DNA of 64,000 nt, taken from positions 256,001-320,000 of the forward strand of contig CAVTHS010000003.1 of NCBI GenBank assembly GCA_963734535.1, read 5' to 3'. The notes below the pieces were generated by a model. The model was given only the letters and a program-made list of their open reading frames with translations, made no database searches and was not told the origin of the DNA. Position numbers and translations under genes: made by a program. The DNA is from an uncultured Chloroflexia bacterium. GTDB lineage: Bacteria > Chloroflexota > Limnocylindria > Limnocylindrales > CSP1-4. Shown here in pieces: positions 1 through 9,626 of the stretch. The first letter of the stretch is position 1; every line of letters starts with the position of its first letter.

Positions 1-831
1 CTGTATAGCCTGGAGCGGCGCTACGGGACCGATGTCGACGGTCTCGTCGGACGGGCCGGGGAAGCGGCCGCGGAGATCGATCGCCTGCGCGATCTGGGCA
101 CCGAGCGCGAGCGGCGACGCCTCGACGCCGAGCGGCTCCTCGCCGACGTGGCCAGCACCTGCGTCGTCCTCTCGGCGCGCCGCGCGCGGGCTGCGACTGA
201 GCTCGGGACGGCGATCGAGACCGCGGTCGCCGAGCTCGGCCTGCGCGGGACGCGCGTCGAGATCGCGGTCGGCCGGCGGATCGCGGCTCCGGATGAGCCC
301 GCCATCGAGCTCGGCGGGGACGCCGTGGCGTTCGACGCGACCGGTGCGGACGTCGTCGTCTTCCTGATCGCGCCGAACCCGGGCGAGCCGGCGCGGCCGC
401 TCGCGAAGATCGCGTCGGGCGGCGAGCTGTCGCGGCTCGCCCTCGCGATCGAGGAGGTGCTGGCCGCGGCGGACGCGACCCCGACCCTCGTCTTCGACGA
501 GATCGACGCGGGGATCGGCGGCCGGAGCGCGGACCCTGTCGCGCGGACGCTCTGGCTCCTGGGACGCCGGCACCAGGTCCTGTGCGTGACGCACCTGCCC
601 CAGATCGCCGCCCACGCCGACGCGCATTTCGGGATTCGAAAGGTCGAGCGCGCCGGCCGGACCGTGACCGAGGTATGCCGGTTGACCGACGACGACCGCG
701 TCGTGGAGCTCGCCGCGATGATCGGCGGTCCTGCGGCCGGCTCGGCAGCCACCGCGTCGGCGCGGGACCTCCTCGCGCGAGCGGCCGCGTTTCGAGCCTC
801 CCGGGCGGCACCGGCCCGCACGCGACGATGA
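1..831 (+). CDS. recN: DNA repair protein RecN, C-terminal part (5' end outside the window)
   Basis: Frame open from base 1; motifs NPGEPARPLAKIASGGELSR, LVFDEIDAGIGG and QVLCVTHLPQIAA are typical of the RecN C-terminal ABC half. Confidence 0.95.
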   Translation: MYSLERRYGTDVDGLVGRAGEAAAEIDRLRDLGTERERRRLDAERLLADVASTCVVLSARRARAATELGTAIETAVAELGLRGTRVEIAVGRRIAAPDEPAIELGGDAVAFDATGADVVVFLIAPNPGEPARPLAKIASGGELSRLALAIEEVLAAADATPTLVFDEIDAGIGGRSADPVARTLWLLGRRHQVLCVTHLPQIAAHADAHFGIRKVERAGRTVTEVCRLTDDDRVVELAAMIGGPAAGSAATASARDLLARAAAFRASRAAPARTRR

Positions 832-1919
832 CCGGTCGAGGCGGCCTGGGGCCGACGGACGCAGGGGCGATCCGCACCGAAGCCGGCCGCTCCGGGGCAG
901 ACCGGCGTCATCCCGCGGCGCGGCCGCCGGGAAGCGCGCGGCGACAGCGCCGGCCGCGCCTGATGCCTGCCGGGACCCCGCCGGACCTGGTTGCCGCGAT
1001 CGAGGCGTTCCTGCTCCATCTCCAGGTCGAGCGCGGGCTCTCCCCGGCGACCCTCTCCGCGTACGGCGCCGACCTGCGCGACTTTGCGGGCAGCCCGGAG
1101 GCGCTCGGCGGCTGGGAACGCTCTCCCGACCCGGCCATCGCCTACCTGGGCCGCCTGGCGAGCACGGCCGGCCCGTCCGGCGTCCGTCTCCGCGCGACGA
1201 GCCGCCGCCGCCGCACCGCGGCGATCCGGGCCTTCTACCGCTTCGCGCTCGCAGAAGACCTGGCCCGGGTGGACGTTGCCGCCCATCTTGATCTGCCGCG
1301 CGAGCCGCGGCTCCTGCCCGACCCGCTCGGGATCGAGGAGGTGGCGCGGCTCCTCGAGGCAGCGGGGCCGCTCGGGCCCGCGGACCCGGCGCACGATGCC
1401 GCCCCGATTCGGTCACGCGCGCTGCTGGAGCTGCTCTACGCAGCGGGTCTGCGGGTAAGCGAGGCGACCGGGCTCGACGTGGATGACCTGGACCTCGACG
1501 GGGCGACGGTGCGGGTGATCGGCAAGGGCGACAAGGAGCGCCTCCTGCCCGTCGGCGATGTCGCGATCGACTGGCTGCGCCGCTACGAATCCGCGGTCCG
1601 CCCGGCCCTGCTGGCGCTGCATGCCGTTCCCGTCCACCGCGGTGGCCCGGTCTTCCTGGGGAGCCGGGGACGCCGCCTGACGCGCCAGCAGGCGTGGGAC
1701 GTCGTGACGCGGGCGGCCGCGGCCGCGGGCCTGGCCGGGCGGGCGACGCCTCACACGCTCCGCCACTCGTTCGCGACGCACCTGCTGGAGGGCGGAGCCG
1801 ACCTGCGCATCGTCCAGGAGCTGCTCGGACATGCGAGCATCAGCACGACACAGATCTACACGCATCTCACCGGCGAGCGTGTCCGGGAGGTGTACGCTCG
1901 GGCGCATCCGCGCGCCTGA
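828..1919 (+). CDS. xerD: Tyrosine recombinase XerD
   Basis: ERGLSPATLSAYGADL, RALLELLYAAGLRVSE, GKGDKER, TPHTLRHSFATHLLEGGADLRIVQELLGHASISTTQIYTH. ATG at 828 overlaps the recN stop (ATGA); alternative start at 963. Confidence 0.92.
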   Translation: MTGRGGLGPTDAGAIRTEAGRSGADRRHPAARPPGSARRQRRPRLMPAGTPPDLVAAIEAFLLHLQVERGLSPATLSAYGADLRDFAGSPEALGGWERSPDPAIAYLGRLASTAGPSGVRLRATSRRRRTAAIRAFYRFALAEDLARVDVAAHLDLPREPRLLPDPLGIEEVARLLEAAGPLGPADPAHDAAPIRSRALLELLYAAGLRVSEATGLDVDDLDLDGATVRVIGKGDKERLLPVGDVAIDWLRRYESAVRPALLALHAVPVHRGGPVFLGSRGRRLTRQQAWDVVTRAAAAAGLAGRATPHTLRHSFATHLLEGGADLRIVQELLGHASISTTQIYTHLTGERVREVYARAHPRA

Positions 1920-1946
1920 GGGCCGCGACGAAGGAGGAAGGATCGG

Positions 1947-2705
1947 ATGGGGCGCTATACCGACTCGCTGCTCATGGACGGGGAGCATGTCCTCTACCGG
2001 ACGCGCCAGCACCCGCTCGGCCGGATCGTCGCCGCCCGGTGGGGGATCGTGATGGTCGGCGTCGCGATCGCCGCGCTGCTCGCGATCCTGATCGGGAACC
2101 CCGGCGAACCGCTGCGCGGGATCCTGGGCTGGGTCACGCTCGCGCTGCTCGTGCTCGGCGCCGTGGACATCGTCTGGATCTACCTTCATTGGTGGGCCGA
2201 GGATTACGTCATCACGAACCGCAGGATCCTCAAGGTGGAGGGTCTCTTCAACAAGCGGGCCGCCGACAGCAGCCTGGAGAAGATCAATGACGCCATCCTC
2301 GAGCAGAGCGTCTTCGGGCGGATGTTCGACTGGGGCGATCTCAGGGTCCTGACCGCGGCCGAGGAGAACGCCGACGACTACCACCTCCTCCACCACGCCC
2401 CGACGTTCAAGAAGACGATGCTCCTCGCCAAGCAGGACATCGAGGACGAGCTCGCCCGCCGGATCACGGCACCGCTCGAGGCGCTCAACGCCCGCGAGTC
2501 CGAGCAGGACCGGAGGGAGGCCGAGGCCCAGGCGTCCGCGAGGACGGCACCCCCGCCGCAGGCCGCCCCGCCGGTGGTCCCGGCCGCACCCGCCCAGAAG
2601 ACGGCGGAGGAGAAGCTCCGCGAGCTCGCTGCGCTCCGCGACGCGGGCCTCATCACGCCGGAGGACTTCGAGGCGAAGAAGACGACGATCCTCGCCACGA
2701 TGTAG
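1947..2705 (+). CDS. Membrane protein with bacterial PH domain (bPH_2/YdbS-like) and C-terminal SHOCT domain
   Basis: Two TM segments; YVITNRRILKVEGLF...QSVFGRMFDWGDL PH-like motif; C-terminal LRELAALRDAGLITPEDFEAKK SHOCT signature; SD GGAGGAAGG upstream. Confidence 0.8.
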   Translation: MGRYTDSLLMDGEHVLYRTRQHPLGRIVAARWGIVMVGVAIAALLAILIGNPGEPLRGILGWVTLALLVLGAVDIVWIYLHWWAEDYVITNRRILKVEGLFNKRAADSSLEKINDAILEQSVFGRMFDWGDLRVLTAAEENADDYHLLHHAPTFKKTMLLAKQDIEDELARRITAPLEALNARESEQDRREAEAQASARTAPPPQAAPPVVPAAPAQKTAEEKLRELAALRDAGLITPEDFEAKKTTILATM

Positions 2706-2759
2706 CGCGGCGCGCACTGGCTACCATATGCGGGATCCCCGCCCGCACCCGGAGTTTCC

Positions 2760-3422
2760 GTGCTCGGACTGAACCTCGATCCTGCCACGCTCGTCGCCGT
2801 GGCAATCTTCCTCCTCGTCGGCTTCCCGGTCCACGAGTTCAGCCACGCGCTGGCGGCCTACCGGCTCGGCGACGGCACGGCCAAGCTGTTCGGGCGCCTG
2901 ACGCTGAACCCGCTCGTCCACCTGGACCCGTACGGATCGCTGCTGCTCGTCGCATCCGCGGTCCTCGGGGGGTTCATCATCGGCTGGGCCAAGCCCACGC
3001 CCGTCAACCCGTCGATGCTCCGCGGCGGCCGCCGGGCGGAGGCCTGGGTGGCGGCCGCCGGGCCTGTCTCGAACCTCGTGATGGCGGTCCTGGCGGCCAT
3101 CGTGCTTCGCCTGATCGTCGCGCTGGACCTCGCGAGCAGCGACGCCGCGCTCTTCGTCGCCAGCGTGATCTTCATGTTTGTCTTCATCAACGTCGCGCTG
3201 TTCATCTTCAACCTGATCCCGATCCCGCCGCTCGACGGCTCGAAGGTGATGTTCGCGCTCATGAACCCGCGAACCGTCTGGCGGATTCGACCGACGCTGG
3301 AGCAGTGGGGTTTCCTCATCCTGATCGTGGTCATGATCATCCCGCTCAACGGGATCTCGATCGGCGGGCGGGTGATCGGCCCGCTCCTCAATGGGCTTGT
3401 CTCCGTCCTGGTGGGCTTCTAA
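2760..3422 (+). CDS. Site-2 protease family (peptidase M50) intramembrane metalloprotease
   Basis: HEFSH zinc motif, GDGTAKLFGRLTLNPLVHLDP, GWAKPTPVNP, AGPVSN, FNLIPIPPLDGSK. Confidence 0.92.
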   Translation: MLGLNLDPATLVAVAIFLLVGFPVHEFSHALAAYRLGDGTAKLFGRLTLNPLVHLDPYGSLLLVASAVLGGFIIGWAKPTPVNPSMLRGGRRAEAWVAAAGPVSNLVMAVLAAIVLRLIVALDLASSDAALFVASVIFMFVFINVALFIFNLIPIPPLDGSKVMFALMNPRTVWRIRPTLEQWGFLILIVVMIIPLNGISIGGRVIGPLLNGLVSVLVGF

Positions 3423-3894
3423 GGCCCGCCAGCTCGGCCGTCATCTCGTCGCCCGCGTGGCGCCGGGGGAGCGGGCCGCGCTGGCCGGCTGGCTGACGCC
3501 CGCCCAGCTGTCGCTCTTCGACGGCATGCCGACCGCGGACCGCCGGCATGGCCTCGACGTGATGCAGCGCCTCCGTTCACGCGGCAGCGACGATCGCGAC
3601 CTCCTCCTTGCCGGTCTCTTCCACGACGCCGGCAAGGGACACTCGATCCGGCTCTGGCACCGGGTCGCATGGTCGCTCGGGGAGCGCCTGGGGCCCTGGG
3701 CGCATCGCCTCGCGGGTCGCCTCCCGGGCGGTGGTGATGCCATGGCGCGGCTCAGCGACCACGCCGACCGATCGGCATCCCTCGCCCTCGCGGCAGGCTG
3801 CGGGCGCCGCACGGCGGACCTGATCCGGGGTGACGTGCCCGGGGCCGACGCCGCGGCAGCAGCGCTCCTGCACCAGGCCGACGAGGCCGGCTGA
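3391..3894 (+). CDS. Short HD-domain (metal-dependent phosphohydrolase-like) protein
   Basis: DRRH...LFHDAGK...H...ADE pattern; overlaps the 3' end of the M50 gene; start uncertain. Confidence 0.72.
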   Translation: MGLSPSWWASKARQLGRHLVARVAPGERAALAGWLTPAQLSLFDGMPTADRRHGLDVMQRLRSRGSDDRDLLLAGLFHDAGKGHSIRLWHRVAWSLGERLGPWAHRLAGRLPGGGDAMARLSDHADRSASLALAAGCGRRTADLIRGDVPGADAAAAALLHQADEAG

Positions 3895-3900
3895 CCACTC

Positions 3901-4836
3901 ATGGCAGGGTCGTCGATCGAACGGGGAGCCGGCGCGGCGACGATCTCGGCCGCCGGAGCGGCGACGACCTCGACCGCCGGCGTGGCGACCTCGGTCGTCT
4001 TCGGCGCTCGTCGGCGGCCGGAGGACGCCACCGAGATCCACCTGCCCGAATGGGACGGCCCGCTCGGGCTCCTGCTCTCCCTCGTGGAGGCACGCCGGCT
4101 CGATGTCCTGAGCGTGCCGCTCGGCGCGCTCGCCGAGGCCTACCTCGACGCCCTTGCGACCCTCGAGGGCGATCGCCTCGGCAGCATCTCCGCGTTCGTG
4201 GGCGTGGCGAGCCAGCTGATCCTCATCAAGAGCCGCGCCCTGCTGCCGCGTCAGCTCGCCACGGGCGTGCCGCTCGCCGACGAGGGAATGGACCCGGAGG
4301 CGGAGCTGCGGGCGCGCCTCCTGCTCTACCGCGCGTTCCGGGATGCGGGTGCCGTGCTCCAGGCGCGCGCCCTGGCCGGCGCGCTCTCGGTTCGCCGCGA
4401 GCCTGGGGTTGCCGCGGCGGCCGGCCGAACCCACGCGGTCGCGCCGGATGCGCCGCCACTGGACGTGACGCTCCTGGTCCGCGCGCTCGACCGGCTGGCT
4501 GCCGTGGTGCCCGCGCCGCCGGTGCCTCCCGAGGTTGTCCCGCGGACCATGACCCTGGCCGAGCGTGCCCGTCTCATCCGCGCCGCGCTCGAGGAGGCGA
4601 GCCCGGTCGTCCTGCAGGACCTGCTGGCAGGCGTTCGCGACCGGGTGGTCATCGCCGTCACGTTCCTCGCCCTCCTGGAGCTCGTGAAGCGCCGCGAGGT
4701 GACCGTGGAGCAGGACCGCCCGTGGGGCCCCATCCTTGTGCGATCGGTCCCGCAGCCGCCGGCGTGGCCGGGGCAGGGGAGTGGGCGCGCGACGGGTGAT
4801 GATCCGCTCGACGAGACGCTGGAGGACGACGCATGA
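3901..4836 (+). CDS. scpA: Segregation and condensation protein A
   Basis: WDGPLGLLLSLV, ASQLILIKSRALLP, TFLALLELVKRREV.VEQDRPWGPI; upstream of scpB. Confidence 0.92.
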   Translation: MAGSSIERGAGAATISAAGAATTSTAGVATSVVFGARRRPEDATEIHLPEWDGPLGLLLSLVEARRLDVLSVPLGALAEAYLDALATLEGDRLGSISAFVGVASQLILIKSRALLPRQLATGVPLADEGMDPEAELRARLLLYRAFRDAGAVLQARALAGALSVRREPGVAAAAGRTHAVAPDAPPLDVTLLVRALDRLAAVVPAPPVPPEVVPRTMTLAERARLIRAALEEASPVVLQDLLAGVRDRVVIAVTFLALLELVKRREVTVEQDRPWGPILVRSVPQPPAWPGQGSGRATGDDPLDETLEDDA

Positions 4837-5561
4837 GCGACGGCGATCCGCTCGAGCCCGAAGCCGCCGCGACGCCCGATGCCACGGCCGGCGGGGCGGA
4901 TGATGCTGCGGAGGGGGCGGATGCCCGGGACGGCCTGCCGGGCGACGCGTTGACCGACGCGCAGCTGGAGGCGCTGCTCTTCGTCGCCGAGCGACCGCTT
5001 TCCCGGCGCGAGCTCGGCGCCATCACGGGCGCTTCCCCGGAAACGATCGACGGCCGGCTCGGCGACCTCCAGGTCGTGCTCGAATCGCGCGGGCTGCGCC
5101 TGATCGTCGACGGGGAGCGGGTGGCGCTCGCCACGGCGCCGGAGGCGGGACGCCTGATCGGCCGGTACATCGGCCGGGAGCCGACCCGGCTCTCGCCCGC
5201 CACGCTCGAGACGCTCGCGATCGTCGCGTACCGGCAGCCGGCCACGAAGAGCGTCATCGAGCGGATCCGCGGCGTCGACGCTGACTACGCGATCCGGAGC
5301 CTCCTCCATCGCAGGCTCGTGGTGGAGCTGGGTCGCTCTGACGCGCCCGGCCGGCCGATCCTCTACGGCACCGGCGTGGAGTTCCTCGAGAGGTTCGGGC
5401 TCACGAGCATCGACGACCTTCCGGTCGTGGACGCGGCGATCGCCGAGCGGCTGACGCTCGCCGATGGGGACGCGGCCGCCGGCCCAGCCGCGGCCGCCAT
5501 GACGGCTGGCGGCGCGGCAATCGACGCGGGCGCGCGCAGGCCCGCCGGCCGGCCTCGCTGA
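4833..5561 (+). CDS. scpB: Segregation and condensation protein B
   Basis: LEALLFVAERPL, LSPATLETLAIVAYRQPAT, IERIRGVD, GRPILYGTGVEFLERFGL. Confidence 0.95.
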   Translation: MSDGDPLEPEAAATPDATAGGADDAAEGADARDGLPGDALTDAQLEALLFVAERPLSRRELGAITGASPETIDGRLGDLQVVLESRGLRLIVDGERVALATAPEAGRLIGRYIGREPTRLSPATLETLAIVAYRQPATKSVIERIRGVDADYAIRSLLHRRLVVELGRSDAPGRPILYGTGVEFLERFGLTSIDDLPVVDAAIAERLTLADGDAAAGPAAAAMTAGGAAIDAGARRPAGRPR

Positions 5562-6382
5562 TGCCGGAGGAGCGGGTCGCCAAGCTGCTGGCGGCCGCGG
5601 GGGTGGCAAGCCGGCGCGGCGCCGACGTCCTGATCGGCGCCGGCCGCGTGACGCTCGACGGCCGCGTGGCCACGCTCGGGGAGAAGGCGGACCCGGCCGT
5701 CACGGCCATCGCCGTGGACGGTCGTCCGATCGACGTGGTCGCGGCGCTCGTCGCCCCGGCCGTGCACCTCGCCCTCCACAAGCCCGCGGGCGTGACCAGC
5801 ACGGTCGCGGACCGGCACGCGGATCGCACCGTGCTGGACCTGGTCGCGGCCCGTCTCATCCCACCGGGTGTGCGCCTCTACCCGGTCGGCCGCCTGGACC
5901 TCGACTCCGAGGGCCTGCTCATCCTGACGAACGACGGCGCCTGGACGGATCGCGTGCTCCATCCGCGCCATGGCGTCGAGCGCGAGTACGCGGTCGCGCT
6001 GGCGGTGCCCCTCGAAACGGAGCAGCGCACGGCGCTCGCGGCGGGCATCGCGATGGAGGAGGGGACCGCGCGCCTCGGGGCGCTTCGGCCTGCGACCAGG
6101 ACCGAGACAACCAGCCTCGCGCGCCTCCTGGACCCCCGCCCGGTTCCGACGCTCACCTGGTACCGGGTGATCCTGGGCCAGGGCTGGAAGCGGCAGCTGC
6201 GCCGGATGTTCGGGGCGGTGGGCGCCCCGGTCGCCCGCCTGGTCCGCGTCCGGGTCGGGTCGCTCCGGCTGGATCTCGCCACCGGCGCCGTGCGGCCGCT
6301 GACGGCCGCGGAGGTGCGCCGACTCGGGGCGTCCATCTACAACCCGGACGCCGGGAGCGGCGAGCGACGGCGGCGGCAATGA
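5561..6382 (+). CDS. rluB: Ribosomal large subunit pseudouridine synthase (RluB/RsuA family)
   Basis: N-terminal S4 domain (ERVAKLLAAAGVASRR), HKPAGV, catalytic YPVGRLDLDSEGLLILTNDG; canonical position after scpB. Confidence 0.88.
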   Translation: MPEERVAKLLAAAGVASRRGADVLIGAGRVTLDGRVATLGEKADPAVTAIAVDGRPIDVVAALVAPAVHLALHKPAGVTSTVADRHADRTVLDLVAARLIPPGVRLYPVGRLDLDSEGLLILTNDGAWTDRVLHPRHGVEREYAVALAVPLETEQRTALAAGIAMEEGTARLGALRPATRTETTSLARLLDPRPVPTLTWYRVILGQGWKRQLRRMFGAVGAPVARLVRVRVGSLRLDLATGAVRPLTAAEVRRLGASIYNPDAGSGERRRRQ

Positions 6383-8076
6383 GAGACGCCGCCCCGGCCT
6401 CGACGCTCCGGCGCGTCCACCCGTCCAAGGGACCGGCAGACCTGCTAATCACCGGAGCTTCGGTTCGAACGCTCGACCGGGACGGGACGGTGGCCGAGGC
6501 GCTGGCAGTCACGGGCGGGAGGATCGCCGCCGTCGGCGCCGCGCCGGCGCTGCGCCGGCTGGTCGGCCCCCGGACGCGCGTCCTGGAGCTCCGCGGCGAG
6601 ACCGTCCTCCCAGGCTTCCACGATGCCCACGTCCACCCGCCGACGGGCGGGCGACATCTCCTCCTGTGCAATCTCCACGACCTGGCGTGGGACCGGGAGG
6701 CATACCTCGGACGGATCCGGGAGTACGCCGGCATGCATCCGTCCGAGGCGTGGATCGTCGGCGGCGGCTGGGCCATGCCCGCATTCAGTGGCGGGACCCC
6801 GTCACGCCGGGACCTGGATGCAATCGTCCCCGACCGGCCCGTCTACCTCGAGAACCGGGATGCCCACGGCGGGTGGGCGAATTCCGCGGCGCTCGCGCTC
6901 GCCGGCGTCACGGCGACCACGCCCGACCCGCCCGACGGCAGGATCGAGCGCGAACCGGACGGCAGCCCGCAGGGAACGCTCCACGAAGGTGCCACGCGCC
7001 TGGTCGAGCGCCTCCTGCCCCCGGTCACGCAGGAGCAGTGGGAGGAGGCGCTTCGCCGCGCCCAGGCGTACCTGCACCTGTTCGGCATCACGGCGATCAC
7101 CGACGCGTGGGTCACGCCCGAGCACGTGCCCGCCTACCGCGCCCTGGCCGAGCGCGGCGAGCTGACCCTCCGGACGAGCCTCTCGCTCTGGTGGGACCGG
7201 GCGGGTGGCCTCGACCAGCTGGCCTGGTTCGAACAGGCCCGCCGCGACAGCCACGTGGGGAGGCTGCGGGCCACCAGCGTCAAGCTCATGCTCGACGGCG
7301 TGCTGGAGAACGGAACCGGCGCACTGCTCGAGCCGTACCTCGATCGGACAGGTCGCCCGACCGACAACCGGGGGATTGCGTTCATCGACGCCAACAACCT
7401 CGCGGGCGAGATCGCTCCCGCGCTCGACCGCGCCGGGTTCGATCTCCACATGCACGCGATCGGCGACCGCGCGGTGCGGACCGGGCTGGATGCGGTCGCG
7501 GCGGTCCTGGCGGGGAACGGGCCGGCTGATCGCCGCCCGCACATCGCCCATCTCCAGGTGGTCCACCCGGACGACATCCCGCGGTTCGCCGAGCTCGGCG
7601 TGGCGGCGACGATCCAGCCACTCTGGGCCGGCTGGGAAGCCCAGATGCGCGACCTCACCGTCCCGTTCCTCGGGCCGGCGCGAACCGCCTGGCAGTACCC
7701 GTTCGCGAGCCTTGCGCGTTCGGGGGCCCGCCTCGTCGGCGGCAGCGACTGGTCGGTCTCCACGCCGAACGTCGTCGCGGAGGTCGAGGTCGCCGTGAAC
7801 CGGGTCGTGCCGGGATCCCGGGGCGTGGAGCCGCCGTTCCTTCCCGACGAGCGCATCGACCTCGAGGCCGCCCTCCGTGCATTCACGTCGGGCGGCGCGT
7901 GGATCCATCGCCTCGACGGTGTGGCCGGCTCGCTCGAGCCGGGCATGCTCGCGGACCTCGTCGTCCTCGATCGCGACCTCTTCGACCGCGGAGCCGGCGA
8001 GATCGGTGACGCGCGTGTCGTCCTGACCGTGGTGGAGGGCGCGGCCGTCTTCGCGAACCCGGCGCTCGCATGGTGA
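6379..8076 (+). CDS. Amidohydrolase 3 family protein (YtcJ/NfdA-like)
   Basis: PGFHDAHVH, KLMLDGVLE, HAIGDRAV, HIAHLQ, GSDWSV, GSLEPGMLADLVVLDRD. Confidence 0.9.
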   Translation: MRDAAPASTLRRVHPSKGPADLLITGASVRTLDRDGTVAEALAVTGGRIAAVGAAPALRRLVGPRTRVLELRGETVLPGFHDAHVHPPTGGRHLLLCNLHDLAWDREAYLGRIREYAGMHPSEAWIVGGGWAMPAFSGGTPSRRDLDAIVPDRPVYLENRDAHGGWANSAALALAGVTATTPDPPDGRIEREPDGSPQGTLHEGATRLVERLLPPVTQEQWEEALRRAQAYLHLFGITAITDAWVTPEHVPAYRALAERGELTLRTSLSLWWDRAGGLDQLAWFEQARRDSHVGRLRATSVKLMLDGVLENGTGALLEPYLDRTGRPTDNRGIAFIDANNLAGEIAPALDRAGFDLHMHAIGDRAVRTGLDAVAAVLAGNGPADRRPHIAHLQVVHPDDIPRFAELGVAATIQPLWAGWEAQMRDLTVPFLGPARTAWQYPFASLARSGARLVGGSDWSVSTPNVVAEVEVAVNRVVPGSRGVEPPFLPDERIDLEAALRAFTSGGAWIHRLDGVAGSLEPGMLADLVVLDRDLFDRGAGEIGDARVVLTVVEGAAVFANPALAW

Positions 8077-8846
8077 CGGGTCGCGCTCCCGTGATCGCGC
8101 TCGACGGACCGGCGTCGTCCGGCAAGAGCAGCGTGGGTGCGGCGGTCGCGGCTGCAATCGGGCTGCGCTTCTTCGACTCCGGGCTCCTCTACCGGGCGCT
8201 CGCGTTCGCCGCACTCGATCATGGCGTCGACCCGGCCGACGGGCCCGCCGTCGCCGCGCTCGCGCCCTCGGTGTCCGTCGAGCCGGACGCAGAGGGCAGG
8301 CTCGATCGCGTCCACATCGACGGTCGGGATGTCGGCGCGCAGGTCCGAACGCCCGAGGTGGACCGGGTGGTCTCGGCCGTGGCGCAGGCACCAGAGGTTC
8401 GCGCTGCGCTGCTCATCCGCCAGCGCGCGCTCGCGGCGGGCGGAGGGATTGTCGTCGCGGGCCGCGACATCGGCACCGTGGTCCTGCCGCAGGCCGACGT
8501 GAAGATCTGGCTGGACGCGAGCGCCGAGGAGCGCGCGGGCCGCCGCGCGCTGGAGCGCGGCATCGACCCCGCGAGCGCCGCGGGCCAGGGGATCCTCGAC
8601 GAGATGCGCCGGCGCGACGGCGCAGACGGGGGCCGTTCCATTGCACCGGCGCGACCCGCGGACGACGCGATCCACGTCCGGACGGATGGGAACACGCTGG
8701 AGCAGACGATTGCCGCGGTCGTGGCCGCGGTCGTGGCCGGCTTCGCCGCAGGCGCGGCAGGCCGGACGACCACCGCGGCCGACCCTGGAGGCATCACGGC
8801 CGCCGGTGGGAGTCTCGCGGTCGGTGCGGAGGACGACGAGCGATGA
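8070..8846 (+). CDS. cmk: Cytidylate kinase
   Basis: IALDGPASSGKSS P-loop, DSGLLYRA, GRDIGTVVLPQADVKIWLDASAEERA. Confidence 0.95.
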   Translation: MVTGRAPVIALDGPASSGKSSVGAAVAAAIGLRFFDSGLLYRALAFAALDHGVDPADGPAVAALAPSVSVEPDAEGRLDRVHIDGRDVGAQVRTPEVDRVVSAVAQAPEVRAALLIRQRALAAGGGIVVAGRDIGTVVLPQADVKIWLDASAEERAGRRALERGIDPASAAGQGILDEMRRRDGADGGRSIAPARPADDAIHVRTDGNTLEQTIAAVVAAVVAGFAAGAAGRTTTAADPGGITAAGGSLAVGAEDDER

Positions 8847-9619
8847 GCCAGACACCGCCGCGCCATTCCCGCTCGGACGCGGAGGTCGCGGCCTTCTCGC
8901 TGCCGCGCGATCGCCTGCCCTGGACGATCCGCGCGTCCAACCAGTTCGGGCGCCTGCTCCTTGGCAGCTCCACGCGCGTGAGCGTCAGCGGGCTCGAGCA
9001 CGTCCCGAAGCACGGTGCGCTGATCCTCGCCTCCAACCACGTCTCGAACGCGGACCCGCCGCTGATTGCCAACTGGCTCACCTCCAGCCTGGGCCGGCCG
9101 GTCCACTGGATGGCGAAGGCAGAGGCGCTGGAATGGCCGATCGCCGGCCCGTTCATGCGGATGAACGGCGCCTTCGGCATCCGGCGGGGCGCCGCCGACA
9201 CCGAGGCGTTCCGGCTCGCCAAGTCGGTCCTCGACGACGGCCGTGTGCTCGGCACGTTCCCGGAGGGGACCCGCAGCCCGACGGGCGCCCTCCAGGTGGC
9301 GAAGGAGGGCGTCACGCTCCTTGCGCTCAGGACCGGCGCCCCGATCCTGCCGATCGGGTGCATCGACACGGACCTGTTCTGGCCACGAGACCGGAAGCTG
9401 TGGCGGGTCGGCGGGCGGATCCGGATGCAGGTCGGGGAGCCGTTCGTGCTCGAGCGCGTCACCGGCCCCGACGGCCGAAAGGAGTCCCTGCAGGACGTGA
9501 CGACGCGCCTGATGCTCCATATCGCGGCCCTGCTCCCGTCACGGCAGCAGGGCGTCTACGGGCCGTTGCTGGTGCCCGGCGGGTCGCCGGGCGGGGTTTC
9601 CGACAGCCCCGTGCGATAA
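8843..9619 (+). CDS. plsC: 1-acyl-sn-glycerol-3-phosphate acyltransferase
   Basis: NHVSNAD (HX4D) and FPEGTRS motifs; follows cmk. Confidence 0.9.
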   Translation: MSQTPPRHSRSDAEVAAFSLPRDRLPWTIRASNQFGRLLLGSSTRVSVSGLEHVPKHGALILASNHVSNADPPLIANWLTSSLGRPVHWMAKAEALEWPIAGPFMRMNGAFGIRRGAADTEAFRLAKSVLDDGRVLGTFPEGTRSPTGALQVAKEGVTLLALRTGAPILPIGCIDTDLFWPRDRKLWRVGGRIRMQVGEPFVLERVTGPDGRKESLQDVTTRLMLHIAALLPSRQQGVYGPLLVPGGSPGGVSDSPVR

Positions 9620-9620
9620 T
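9612..9620 (+). promoter_or_regulatory. Extended -10 element (TGcGATAAT) 6 nt before the ispH ATG; likely leaderless transcript
   Basis: gtgcGATAATccctgcATG, no SD. Confidence 0.5.
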
Positions 9621-9626
9621 CCCTGC

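Noticed and set aside
828-1919. Tyrosine recombinase as a phage or island integrase
   Set aside because: It has XerD signatures and sits coupled to recN in a core operon.
21-2717. Long antisense and alternate-frame ORFs here and throughout the window
   Set aside because: Arg/Pro/Ala-rich shadow ORFs expected at very high GC; they overlap motif-supported genes.
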